IMG/VR virus record: IMGVR_UViG_3300042894_004439
Location: 1 to 64,000 of that record
Reading direction: 5' to 3' (one strand)
DNA: 64,000 nt
From: a virus
Part shown: in pieces, positions 46,756 to 56,617 of the stretch
Layout: each line of letters starts with the position of its first letter
How positions within the stretch are numbered: the stretch's first letter is position 1
Translations under genes and position numbers: made by a program
The notes under the pieces: model-generated
Seen by the model: only the letters and a program-made list of their open reading frames with translations
Databases searched by the model: none
What the model was told of the DNA's origin: nothing

Positions 46756-47111
46756 AATTTGACCTACAAGCATTTAATAAAAGCGAAACTTGGCGTTTAC
46801 TCCAGGGCAACGCTGGCAATTGGTACCAAGAAGCCAGTGAGCCGGACCGGCAAAAATTGCAAAATTGGATGTATGGTATGCTCAATGAATCCACAGTTCA
46901 AATTGAGTTTACCAAAGCTGATGGAAGTATGCGCTCAATGACCTGCACTTTAAACGAGACCTTGGGTGCTAAACATGTAAATAAAGAGCCTGTAAACCAA
47001 TCCAAAACCGTAGACAAAAAAGAAACCTGTGCAGTTTGGGATTGCAACGCCAATGGGTGGCGTAGTTTCAGATGGGATAGATTACAAAAGATAGCGGTCA
47101 CAATTGAGTAA
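46752..47111 (+). CDS. WYL-like SH3 beta-barrel protein
   Basis: FTKADGSMRSMTCTL..VWD..GWRSFRWD. Confidence 0.75.
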   Translation: MKFDLQAFNKSETWRLLQGNAGNWYQEASEPDRQKLQNWMYGMLNESTVQIEFTKADGSMRSMTCTLNETLGAKHVNKEPVNQSKTVDKKETCAVWDCNANGWRSFRWDRLQKIAVTIE

Positions 47112-47322
47112 AGACGATTTTATAAAGATGGATGGTGTGGTAATAGAAGTGTTACGAAACACTACATACCGAGTAAAACTAACAGGTATTGAAAATACTG
47201 TACTAGCCTCATTGAATGGGCGTATGCGCCAAAACAACATCAAAGTATTGGCTGGTGATATAGTAGAGATGGAGTTTAGTCCTTACGATGTAACTCGTGG
47301 ACGCATAGTAAGACGTAGATAA
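47104..47322 (+). CDS. infA: translation initiation factor IF-1
   Basis: KDDFIKMDGVVIEVL..GRMRQNNIKVLAGDIVEMEFSPYDVTRGRI. Confidence 0.95.
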   Translation: MSKDDFIKMDGVVIEVLRNTTYRVKLTGIENTVLASLNGRMRQNNIKVLAGDIVEMEFSPYDVTRGRIVRRR

Positions 47323-47323
47323 T

Positions 47324-47935
47324 TTAAAATTTAAATTTATTTAATAGATAATCGGCTGCTATCCGATGCGAAGATTGTTTTGGATGCGACCCGTTGAATT
47401 CATAATTATTCTTTTTACACCAGGTTAAAAATCCATGATTATCAAACAACACCACACGATTCCAATCAATTAGAATTTTCAATGAACTGATATAATTATC
47501 CGGTTCTGCTAACAAATTACTGGCAATGATATCGTCGTAGTCAAATGTAAACATGTAAGGTATACCACGAGCAACAAGGAATGTCTGTGCTAATATAATT
47601 TCCTTCAAGGATGAAGATATTCCGGTATACTCCCATTGGCCAGGACCTTGATACCAGTGTTCTTCAAATCCGCAACCGGGTTTGTATGTTGCCCTGCTGG
47701 TACCCACCCATCCTTGTTCAGTTCTGAACTCGTGTCGTATAGTTGTTGTCCAATCCACCAGCACAAAATCATCAGATTCGTAGCTTTGGTATAACACCAT
47801 TCTGGCAATTTTGTGATTGGAATTGACAGGTTTGATTCGTGACACATAATCACGAGACAGATGTGTTGCTATCAACTCTGGAAATGAGTTTTTTTCCATT
47901 ATAATACTGGATCCAAATGCAACAAGTCTAGACAT
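47324..47935 (-). CDS. SGNH-like protein (degenerate block I)
   Basis: AFGSSI, SN..IAR, WT..R.E, SHPKQSSH. Confidence 0.6.
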   Translation of the reverse strand: MSRLVAFGSSIIMEKNSFPELIATHLSRDYVSRIKPVNSNHKIARMVLYQSYESDDFVLVDWTTTIRHEFRTEQGWVGTSRATYKPGCGFEEHWYQGPGQWEYTGISSSLKEIILAQTFLVARGIPYMFTFDYDDIIASNLLAEPDNYISSLKILIDWNRVVLFDNHGFLTWCKKNNYEFNGSHPKQSSHRIAADYLLNKFKF

Positions 47936-47936
47936 A

Positions 47937-49016
47937 CTAATACCTTTCATTTAACCAGATTCGAGAAATTTTTCCAGACGGACTCACTGGTATCAAGTCA
48001 ATCTGTTCTAGCACTCGTGGCCAACAATGTTGTCCTAGGCCAATTAAAAAATCTTTAATGGTCTGTGAATCACAGGTGCCAGTGTACAAACACTTGACAC
48101 AATCTGTGCCAAAAATCACACAGTCTGTGAGATTGTCAATGTTGGATTTCAGTTGATATTCCAAGCTCACTGGATTAACTTTGATGCCGCGAACATTGAT
48201 TTGATCTTTGCTGCGCCCTAATATACGATAATATCCAGCCTCATCACGATCGGCCAAATCGCCAGTGTCGTACCATCCAGGAGCAAACACAGTAGAACCT
48301 TGAATGTAGAGATGTCCGTCCACAATATCAGCTTCTATTCCGTCGGGCAAACCCACAGTGCCCGGTCGTTGTTCTCCATGCAAAGGATTGGTAAAACATT
48401 GACTCAAGGACTCAGTCATACCAAATGCTTCTATCACAGGCACCTGATATTTTTCTGACAGATGCTGATACAATTCCGTGGGCAAAGCCGCACTGGCAGA
48501 TCTTATAAATCTCAAATGATCAAAATCCATTTGAGAAATAACTCGTAAAAAATCAGGAATAGCACTGATAAAAGTTGGATCATAGTCAGGCATGGACTTG
48601 ATATTTTTTACAGGCATATAGTGTATTTCGCACCGGGCCTGTTGTATAGCCCAATACATTCCTTGTCCGTGTGCATGCCACAGAGGCATTATGCTGACAT
48701 ACCGATCATTTGCAGTGATATCATAGGCAGAACAGATTCGCTGAGCCAATGTATTCACTTGATCTTGAGTAAAACTACAAAACTTGCTGTCTCCGGTGGT
48801 ACCACTGGTATACCAAAGCAAGCGTTCGTTGCAGTAGTCCGCACCGTCTCTGTAGCTTTCACCTTGGTTGGTGATTAATAAACTATAGTCAGCATTGTCT
48901 AATAAATATTTTTGTCTTGATGCAGCCGCATCAGGATTGATGATCATGATACTGTAATCATCTAATTGATTGATATAATCCTGAGGGTTGTTTGCACAAA
49001 TAACTGCTCGTTTCAT
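47937..49016 (-). CDS. AMP-dependent acyl-CoA synthetase/ligase
   Basis: YTSGTTGDSK, PLWHAHG, EAFGMTE, GWYDTGD, GRSKDQI, SGKISR. Confidence 0.9.
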   Translation of the reverse strand: MKRAVICANNPQDYINQLDDYSIMIINPDAAASRQKYLLDNADYSLLITNQGESYRDGADYCNERLLWYTSGTTGDSKFCSFTQDQVNTLAQRICSAYDITANDRYVSIMPLWHAHGQGMYWAIQQARCEIHYMPVKNIKSMPDYDPTFISAIPDFLRVISQMDFDHLRFIRSASAALPTELYQHLSEKYQVPVIEAFGMTESLSQCFTNPLHGEQRPGTVGLPDGIEADIVDGHLYIQGSTVFAPGWYDTGDLADRDEAGYYRILGRSKDQINVRGIKVNPVSLEYQLKSNIDNLTDCVIFGTDCVKCLYTGTCDSQTIKDFLIGLGQHCWPRVLEQIDLIPVSPSGKISRIWLNERY

Positions 49017-49055
49017 GTCAATACTTATTGGCTCAAAATAAACAAGTAAAAGAAA

Positions 49056-49766
49056 ATGACAACTAAAAAAATTATAGGATTTGGCGATAGTTTTGTCTAT
49101 GGCTCAGAACAAGAAAACAACGACGACGGATCTTTGGGATGGCCGGGTCGCGTTGCCAACAATTTAAATTGTGAATATCATACTAGGGCAAACTCCGGAT
49201 GTGGGAACGATTACATTGCACAGCAAATTTATTCTTGGTTTGCACAAAATCCAGTTGAAGACACCTTGGCAGTTATAAACTGGACTTGGATCAGTCGTTG
49301 GGATTATTATGTTTTTGACCATAAAACTTGGATTACCTTTGGCCCTACTTGTGTGCCAGCACGTCTTAAAGACTTGGTAGACCGCACTCAGGCTAAAGAA
49401 ATGGTCGAGTTTTATCATTCACGAATCAATGCTGGCATACTATGGAATAAATTACGAAATTTACAAATAATATATGCGGCACAATCATATATGAAACAAA
49501 AAAATATCAATTGCATACAAACCTACATGGATTATGACATGTTTGATATTTCTTGTGAACACAAGGATTTGACTCCCGATTACATCAACGAACTGCAAAA
49601 ACTAGTATATCCAGAACTAGAATTATTTGAAGGGCAAAATTTTGTAGACTGGTCCAGAAAAAATGGATTTTTTGTGTCCAAGGGAGGAATGCATCCATTG
49701 GAAGATGCACACATTGCCGCGGCAGCTCTGTGGCAAAACCGATATGCAAATGCACTAGGCGCATAA
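49056..49766 (+). CDS. SGNH-like protein
   Basis: GFGDSFVYG, GCGN, NWTWISR, MHPLEDAH. Confidence 0.7.
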   Translation: MTTKKIIGFGDSFVYGSEQENNDDGSLGWPGRVANNLNCEYHTRANSGCGNDYIAQQIYSWFAQNPVEDTLAVINWTWISRWDYYVFDHKTWITFGPTCVPARLKDLVDRTQAKEMVEFYHSRINAGILWNKLRNLQIIYAAQSYMKQKNINCIQTYMDYDMFDISCEHKDLTPDYINELQKLVYPELELFEGQNFVDWSRKNGFFVSKGGMHPLEDAHIAAAALWQNRYANALGA

Positions 49767-49774
49767 ATACCCAT

Positions 49775-50329
49775 ATGCACTACGAAATACGACAAGATTT
49801 AAATCTAGTAGAGGCCAGTACACGGCCTGCCAAGCTGGAAACTACACCGCTGCCTTACGGTGAGAAAGACCTGGAGCCAGTATTGAGTAAAGAAAGTTTA
49901 GAATACCATTACGGGCATTTGGCCAAAGGCTATGCAAAGCGTTACAACGCAGGCGAAGGCAACGCAGATTTTAATCGTGCTGGTAGCTTTTTACACAACA
50001 AATTCTTTCCGCAATTGCGCCCGCCCAAAGGCGCCAACCGGCCACGGGGTGCGGTGCTGGCCTTAATTGAAGAGAATTTTAAAACCTATGAAGATTTTAA
50101 AATTGCAGTTAAAGAAACAGCAATGAAAATTCAAGGTTCTGGATGGGTGTATTTGAGCACCAATGGCACAATTAAAACTATACCCAACCATGCTGTTCGC
50201 ACAGACATTTGTGTGCTGATTGATTGGTGGGAGCATGTTTGGGCCACTGATTATCAGTGGGACAAAGAAAAATACCTGGATAATATTTGGAAGATTATCG
50301 ACTGGGATGTTTGTAACGAAAGACTATGA
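49775..50329 (+). CDS. Fe/Mn superoxide dismutase
   Basis: [30 protein letters not shown]; TAAATA at 49764-49769. Confidence 0.9.
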   Translation: MHYEIRQDLNLVEASTRPAKLETTPLPYGEKDLEPVLSKESLEYHYGHLAKGYAKRYNAGEGNADFNRAGSFLHNKFFPQLRPPKGANRPRGAVLALIEENFKTYEDFKIAVKETAMKIQGSGWVYLSTNGTIKTIPNHAVRTDICVLIDWWEHVWATDYQWDKEKYLDNIWKIIDWDVCNERL

Positions 50330-50652
50330 TGACACTGACTGAATCAGCTACAACTAGGATACAAGACCTTATTGCAGAAGAAGGTAATCCTGCACTTAAA
50401 CTGCGTGTATTTGTACAAGGTGGCGGATGCTCCGGTATGCAATACGGCTTTACTTTTGACGAAGTTGCCAACGAAGATGATTGGGATCTTGAATTCAACG
50501 GTGTCAAAGTACTGGTGGATTCAATGAGCGGCCAATATTTAACTGGTGCAACTGTAGATTTCAAAGAAGATCTACACGGCAGTAGTTTTGTTATTCAAAA
50601 TCCCAACGCAGAAACCACCTGTGGCTGCGGCAGCAGTTTTAGTCCAACCTAA
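50326..50652 (+). CDS. erpA: A-type Fe-S carrier ErpA/IscA
   Basis: [38 protein letters not shown]. Confidence 0.9.
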   Translation: MMTLTESATTRIQDLIAEEGNPALKLRVFVQGGGCSGMQYGFTFDEVANEDDWDLEFNGVKVLVDSMSGQYLTGATVDFKEDLHGSSFVIQNPNAETTCGCGSSFSPT

Positions 50653-50709
50653 TTCCTCAAAGTTCGCAGGCTAGCAAATCTGCTAAATACTAGCAGAGGA
50701 CGACTATCC

Positions 50710-52866
50710 ATGACTCAACAGATTATCTACGTAGGTACTGCACCCAATGATGGTGCTGGTGATCCTATACGAACCGCGTTTATAAAAACCAATGACAATT
50801 TCAGTGAGTTGTATGCTCGTGTGCAGGTTGATCCACCAACCACTTTAATAGGCAAAGTGGGCGACGAAATTGGCTACTATTCTCCTACAGCTGATTATTT
50901 GTACTATTGTTTTGCCAATTACGATGGCTCAACTGTGATTTGGGCCCAGATTACAGCTATTGGAAATATATCTGCTACCAAGATAGAAAATGGTACCAGT
51001 GTTATAGAAATCATTGATCCCAATGGCAACGCTAATGTCAGCATAAACGGCACTGGCAATGTGGCAGTTTTTGCCAACACTGGCGTTTATGTGTCTCAAC
51101 TCAGTGCCATTGGTAATATTTCAACTGCTAACTATGTTCTTGGAAATGGTGCATTTTTAAGCGGATTGCCAGCAACTTATAGCAATGCCAATGTTGCAGA
51201 CTTTTTACCTGTGTACAGTGGCAACATTGCTGCGGCATATGTTTCGTCGTCGGGCAATGTTGTAGGCGGTAATCTTTTAACTCTGGGCAATGTATCAGCC
51301 CAGGGCACAATCAACGCTCTAGGCAATATTGTCACCAGTGGATATTTTGTTGGCACGTTTGTGGGCAATGTCACAGGCAATTTTGTGGTTCCAGGGGCCA
51401 ACACCCAGGTTATTTTCAACACCAGTGGCAATGCTGATGCAGTAGCAGGAATGACCTACAACAAAGATGCCAACACATTTGCTGTGCTGGGAATTGTATC
51501 TGCTCAGGCCAATGTTATAGGTGGCAATTTACTAACTGCTGGATTGATCTCAGCTTCGGCCACAATCACTGGCGGCAATTTGGCCACTGGCGGCACTGTG
51601 AGTGCCAGTGGCAATGTTATAGGTGCAAATCTAGTGACTGCAGGAATTGTCACTGCCACAAACACCATCACTGGCGGCAATTTGGCCACTGGCGGCACTA
51701 TAAGTGCTAGCAGCAACATAACCGGCGGCAATTTACTTGCCAGCGGATTGATTTCGGCTGCCGCAAATATCAATTCAAATGCCACAATAAATGTAACTAA
51801 TAATATCAACGCTGGCGGAAACATAACCGCAACCAATTACACAGGAACACTGGTCAGTGTGGCAGGCAATGTCACTGGCGGCAACATACGCACCGCTGGA
51901 TTGATCAGTTCAACTGGCAACATAACTGGCAATTACATTCTTGGCAATGGTGCCTGTTTGACCGGCGTTATAACCAGTGTGGCAAATATCAATAATGGCA
52001 CAAGCAATATCAGTATTCCGTCCACCGACGGTAATATTATTGTCAGTGTCAACAACAACAGTGAAATAGTAACATTTACCAACACCGGTATATTGGCCAA
52101 TGGTATAGTATCAGTTGTTGGTAATGTGACAGGTGGTAATCTTTTAACTGTGGGATTGATTAGTTCAACTGGCAATATGACCGGTGGTAACATAAGTGCT
52201 ACTAACCATACAGGAACCACTATAAGCGTCACCGGCAACATAACTGGTGGTAATATAGCCACTGCTGGATTGATCAGTACCAGTGGTAATGTCACCAGCA
52301 GTAATATCAATGCTAATGTATACGGAGTAACTGTCAGCGCCAGTGGTAATGTAACTGCTGGCAACCTATCAGTGGCCACTGGCACTATCACAGTTGGCAA
52401 TATTGTCAATGCAAACGGTAACGCAGTTGGTAATATTGGTAGTGCTGCAAATTATTTTAACACAGTATTTGCATTGGCCACATCAGCTCAGTACGCTGAC
52501 TTGGCAGAATGTTACCTAGGTGATGCATACTATATGCCAGGAACAGTGGTGAGTTTTGGCGGTGTCGCCGAAATTACGTTTTGTGATACAGATCAAGATC
52601 CAGCAGTGGCCGGAGTTGTATCTACTAGGCCAGCGTACCAGATGAATACCGGGTTAACAGGTGACCATGTGACCACAGTGGCACTAATGGGGCGAGTTCC
52701 TTGCCAAATACAAGGCCCGGTTGTTAAAGGTGCATTAATGGTGTCAGCTGGTAATGGTCGTGCTCGGGCACAGATAAATCCACCAGCAGGAACCATAATT
52801 GGCAAGGCACTGGAATCCTTTGATGGTGATGTTGGAACAATTGAAATTGTAGTTGGAAGAGTTTGA
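50710..52866 (+). CDS. tail fibre/spike protein with baseplate-attachment N-terminus and G2-like intramolecular chaperone C-terminus
   Basis: VGTAPNDGAGDPIRTAFIKTNDNFSELY; 17-aa GNITGGN repeats; SAQYADLAE..GVVST.PAY..VAL.GRVP..IIGKALE. Confidence 0.85.
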   Translation: MTQQIIYVGTAPNDGAGDPIRTAFIKTNDNFSELYARVQVDPPTTLIGKVGDEIGYYSPTADYLYYCFANYDGSTVIWAQITAIGNISATKIENGTSVIEIIDPNGNANVSINGTGNVAVFANTGVYVSQLSAIGNISTANYVLGNGAFLSGLPATYSNANVADFLPVYSGNIAAAYVSSSGNVVGGNLLTLGNVSAQGTINALGNIVTSGYFVGTFVGNVTGNFVVPGANTQVIFNTSGNADAVAGMTYNKDANTFAVLGIVSAQANVIGGNLLTAGLISASATITGGNLATGGTVSASGNVIGANLVTAGIVTATNTITGGNLATGGTISASSNITGGNLLASGLISAAANINSNATINVTNNINAGGNITATNYTGTLVSVAGNVTGGNIRTAGLISSTGNITGNYILGNGACLTGVITSVANINNGTSNISIPSTDGNIIVSVNNNSEIVTFTNTGILANGIVSVVGNVTGGNLLTVGLISSTGNMTGGNISATNHTGTTISVTGNITGGNIATAGLISTSGNVTSSNINANVYGVTVSASGNVTAGNLSVATGTITVGNIVNANGNAVGNIGSAANYFNTVFALATSAQYADLAECYLGDAYYMPGTVVSFGGVAEITFCDTDQDPAVAGVVSTRPAYQMNTGLTGDHVTTVALMGRVPCQIQGPVVKGALMVSAGNGRARAQINPPAGTIIGKALESFDGDVGTIEIVVGRV
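51565..51699 (+). repeat. 33-nt exact direct repeat within the fibre gene (102-nt period)
   Basis: ATCACTGGCGGCAATTTGGCCACTGGCGGCACT at 51565 and 51667. Confidence 0.85.
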
Positions 52867-52871
52867 ACACC

Positions 52872-55445
52872 ATGTCACAACCAGTTTGGGTAACACAACC
52901 AGGCAGTTTAGGAACAATTCCAGAAGGAGTATTTTACTCTATTCCATTGGTTGCTGTTGCACCTGCTGACACAGTCTACTATCAAGTGATTGCTGGTGCC
53001 TTGCCCACTGGAATGTTTGTGAATGAATCGGGTATACTGGGTGGCAATCCATCTGCGCAGGCCACTGCACAGGGTGTTCCTGCACCAGTGCCCATTGATA
53101 TCACCAGCAAATTTGCCGTCAGAGCCTACACCGAAAAAGTTATTGCAGGACGCACTGTGATTGATCGACTAGCAGATCGAACATTTACTATCACAGTCAC
53201 AGGCCAAAATACACCAGTGTTTGTGACTCCGCCCGGAACCATTGCAACCTATTACGATGGCACACAAGTTAGTGATCTACAGGTGCAAGTGTTTACTCCA
53301 GATATCTATGCTGAGGAAGTGGTAACACTGATCAGTGGATCTCTCCCTCCTGGGTTAACCATATCAACATCTGGAATCATTTCCGGATATGTTGGTGAAA
53401 ACACCACTGTTACTCCTACTCCAACGGAGACCAATTATCCGTTTACTCTCAGAGTCACCAATGGCGTAGCCGGTGATGTGCGAGCGTTTAATATTCTTGT
53501 TTATGCTCGCTCTGCAATGACAGCAGACAACACAGTAATCACTGCAGACAATACCTTTATAACTGCAGATGTTAGCCCACAAATTCCGCCAATTATACTA
53601 ACACCCACTGGATCCATTGGCACAACAAGAAGCAACAATTTCTACACATTTCAATTCACAGGTGTTGATTTCAATGATCAAGCATTTCAATTCATAGCTA
53701 ATACTACTCCAACAGGGTTGACTCTGGATCCTAATTCAGGATGGTTGTACGGATATATTCCACCATTGGGCTTGGCATCCATAACATACCCGTTTTCAGT
53801 CAGAGTTTACGAAACTGCCAACCCAGATGTTATCAGTAATCCTTATAATTACAGTTTAACTGTGACTGGGCCGTTAAGCGGCGAAGTCACTTGGTTAACA
53901 CCTAGTAATTTAGGCACAATAGACAATGGTACAACCAGTACACTTTATGTGGCAGCAATCAGTGCATCTGGATTGAGTCTGCAGTATCAACTGGTGTCGG
54001 GCAGCGCCAGCAGATTACCACAAGGTCTTGAATTGTTAACATCAGGCGACATAGCCGGACGTGTGAGTTTTGATACATTTGCTCTGGATGGTGGTACCAC
54101 TACATTTGATGTTACAACTAATCCATTGTACAATACTGTTATAAATCCTGCAACCAGTACCACCGAAACAACATTTGATCTTAGCTGTACATTTACAGTC
54201 AATGCCTTCAGTGTCAATGGTGTAGTGAATGCCACGCAGACATTTACCATAACAGTGATACGCCAATTCAATGAACCTTTTGACAATCTGTACATACAGG
54301 CCATGCCTCCGCAGAATGACCGAACATTTGTAAACACATTCTTACAAAATTCCACTATATTCCCACCAAGTTCTATTTACAGATACAATGATCCCAACTT
54401 TGGTGTTGCACGTAATATTTTTTATTATCATGCCTATGGGCTAACTGCAGCCACGCTAGATGACTATGTGTCCAGTTTGAATTTGAATCACTATTGGAAA
54501 AATTTAGTTCTAGGCAGCATACAAACTGCACAGGCTTTGGATGACAATGGAAACATTTTATACGAAATAGTTTATAGTAAGATCATTGACGATCTTGTGA
54601 ACAATCAAGGCCAAAGTGTGGGCAAAGAAGTTACACTGGCATACCCTGTACAGGGTGCAGACAGCACAGAAATTACCACAGTGTATCCCAACAGCTTGGT
54701 CAACATGCGAACCCAGGTTATTGATGTTGTTGGACAAGTCAGTAATGTACTACCTCGTTGGATGGTCAGCAAACAAACAAACGGCCAGGTACTGGGTTTT
54801 ATTCCTGCCTGGGTAATTGCCTACTGTAAACCCGGACAAAGCGGACAGATTGCCTACAATATTAAAACTGCCATTGGTGATGCACTTAATGTGGTTGATT
54901 ACCAAGTTGATAGATACGAGTTAGATAATTTATTAACTAAAAATTGGAATAGAGAAGAACAACAATGGATTCCAACACCACCAAGTTGGGTAAGTTTTGA
55001 TGTACAATGCCACTATCAATTGCCAGTGCCAAATGATTCCAGTTTGATATTTACAGGCGGAATAAATTATGCCGTCGGAGACCGCATACGTATCCTGGGT
55101 AGCCAGATTGGCGGAGTCAATGGTGTGTATAACCCTGATCTAGATGAATATGGCAACAATGTAATAATCACCGTGGAACAAGTGGACGAATTCGGTACCA
55201 TACAACAAGCCCGTGCCCAGGGTCTAGCACCGTTGAATTCCGCAGGAGAACTTTTTTACAATATTGTAGGCACAAACATCACAGGTACAGGTACAGGTGC
55301 AACTTGGGATATAGAAACAGTGCCAGGCGTGGCCACCACGTTTGACGGCAATAGCATGCAGTTTACTGCACCAGTAGATATGTATTCAAACACTCAAGCC
55401 TACGATAAATACCTTGTATTCCCCAAACGGAACATTTTAGAATAA
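52872..55445 (+). CDS. baseplate-wedge-like virion protein with Ig-like repeats
   Basis: Repeated WxT..GSLGT..SGSLPPGL.....G.I.G units. Confidence 0.75.
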   Translation: MSQPVWVTQPGSLGTIPEGVFYSIPLVAVAPADTVYYQVIAGALPTGMFVNESGILGGNPSAQATAQGVPAPVPIDITSKFAVRAYTEKVIAGRTVIDRLADRTFTITVTGQNTPVFVTPPGTIATYYDGTQVSDLQVQVFTPDIYAEEVVTLISGSLPPGLTISTSGIISGYVGENTTVTPTPTETNYPFTLRVTNGVAGDVRAFNILVYARSAMTADNTVITADNTFITADVSPQIPPIILTPTGSIGTTRSNNFYTFQFTGVDFNDQAFQFIANTTPTGLTLDPNSGWLYGYIPPLGLASITYPFSVRVYETANPDVISNPYNYSLTVTGPLSGEVTWLTPSNLGTIDNGTTSTLYVAAISASGLSLQYQLVSGSASRLPQGLELLTSGDIAGRVSFDTFALDGGTTTFDVTTNPLYNTVINPATSTTETTFDLSCTFTVNAFSVNGVVNATQTFTITVIRQFNEPFDNLYIQAMPPQNDRTFVNTFLQNSTIFPPSSIYRYNDPNFGVARNIFYYHAYGLTAATLDDYVSSLNLNHYWKNLVLGSIQTAQALDDNGNILYEIVYSKIIDDLVNNQGQSVGKEVTLAYPVQGADSTEITTVYPNSLVNMRTQVIDVVGQVSNVLPRWMVSKQTNGQVLGFIPAWVIAYCKPGQSGQIAYNIKTAIGDALNVVDYQVDRYELDNLLTKNWNREEQQWIPTPPSWVSFDVQCHYQLPVPNDSSLIFTGGINYAVGDRIRILGSQIGGVNGVYNPDLDEYGNNVIITVEQVDEFGTIQQARAQGLAPLNSAGELFYNIVGTNITGTGTGATWDIETVPGVATTFDGNSMQFTAPVDMYSNTQAYDKYLVFPKRNILE

Positions 55446-55457
55446 ACAGGACACATT

Positions 55458-56351
55458 ATGACCAGTGCAATTAACCCAAACAACATCGACGGCGCTTATC
55501 CAGTGGCCGGACAGGACAACAACAGTCAAGGTTTTCGTGACAACTTCACCAACACTTCGACTAATTTTCAATATGCAGCCAATGAAATAACTGCGTTACA
55601 AAATAATTCTGTGCTAACAACAGACCTTGCAACCAGTACTCAACCTGTGTTTAATAACTTGTTGGCTAGCACAATAAGCAATGGCTTTTTGCAAAATATG
55701 TACACACCATTGGTTGCATTGGGTACCCTCAGCGGCGCAGTGACCATGAACTATGCACTTGGGTCGTTTCAAACGCTGACCACCAGTGGTGCAATAACAT
55801 TGGGATTCAGCAATTTTCCAGCTGCTGCTAAAGTTGCAACCATGGCACTGCAAATTACTATTGTCAGTACCGCACATACACTACAATTACCTGCTGCGGT
55901 CACAGTTAATAATGCCGGTATACAAGGCATCAATACGTCCACCAACATCATAACGTTTGCTGCAGTAGGAACATATGTTTTCCAATTTACCACTAGCAAT
56001 GGTGGTTCAACTGTGTCTGTTGCCCAGGCCAATGAACAGATCACACCTTTTAACAATAGCTCAGAAGATCTGGCTCCAAGCACAGGTGCAAGCCTGGCCA
56101 CTACTGCAAGTTATTTTACCACTGCAGGCACTGAAGCAGCAACATTGGCAGCAGGCGTTGCAGGACAAATCAAAACTTTTAGTGCAGTGGATATCACTGC
56201 TGGCAACATGGTCATTACTGTGACCAATGCAGGGTGGAAATCGTCTGGAACTGGTACAATCACATTCAGCACAAGAGGATCTGGGTGTACCTTGCAGTAT
56301 GTCAACTCCAAATGGTTCTGTATTGGCAATAACGGTGCAGCGTTTGCTTAA
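55458..56351 (+). CDS. virion structural protein
   Basis: YPVAGQDNNSQGFRDNF N-terminus; beta-rich; TAAATA at 55406. Confidence 0.7.
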   Translation: MTSAINPNNIDGAYPVAGQDNNSQGFRDNFTNTSTNFQYAANEITALQNNSVLTTDLATSTQPVFNNLLASTISNGFLQNMYTPLVALGTLSGAVTMNYALGSFQTLTTSGAITLGFSNFPAAAKVATMALQITIVSTAHTLQLPAAVTVNNAGIQGINTSTNIITFAAVGTYVFQFTTSNGGSTVSVAQANEQITPFNNSSEDLAPSTGASLATTASYFTTAGTEAATLAAGVAGQIKTFSAVDITAGNMVITVTNAGWKSSGTGTITFSTRGSGCTLQYVNSKWFCIGNNGAAFA

Positions 56352-56395
56352 CCAAACCCGTTGACTAACAGTCAACACTGTTGTACAATTAGTAG

Positions 56396-56617
56396 ATGGA
56401 ACATCCGTTAATCTCTAATTTAAATGATCTAACAGAAGAACAACTGTTAGAAAAAATTACCGAACTACAGAAAAAATTAAGCATTGCTTATCGCACAGGC
56501 AATGCTGATCTTTGCAATCAAATACGCATGGCCATTGAAAGTTTTCAAACCAAATATCAAGATAAAATACGGCGAGATGACAACAACAACTTTGACGAAA
56601 TAATCAACATTTCATGA
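56396..56617 (+). CDS. hypothetical protein
   Basis: Follows TTGACT-17-TACAAT at 56361-56389. Confidence 0.7.
   Translation: MEHPLISNLNDLTEEQLLEKITELQKKLSIAYRTGNADLCNQIRMAIESFQTKYQDKIRRDDNNNFDEIINIS

Noticed and set aside
51500-52400. Diversity-generating retroelement template/variable repeats in fibre genes
   Set aside because: Repeats are in-frame structural units without adenine-specific mismatches; no reverse transcriptase in the window
56364-56383. Inverted repeat AACAGT-CAAC-ACTGTT as a LexA box
   Set aside because: Orientation and spacing do not fit CTGT-N8-ACAG
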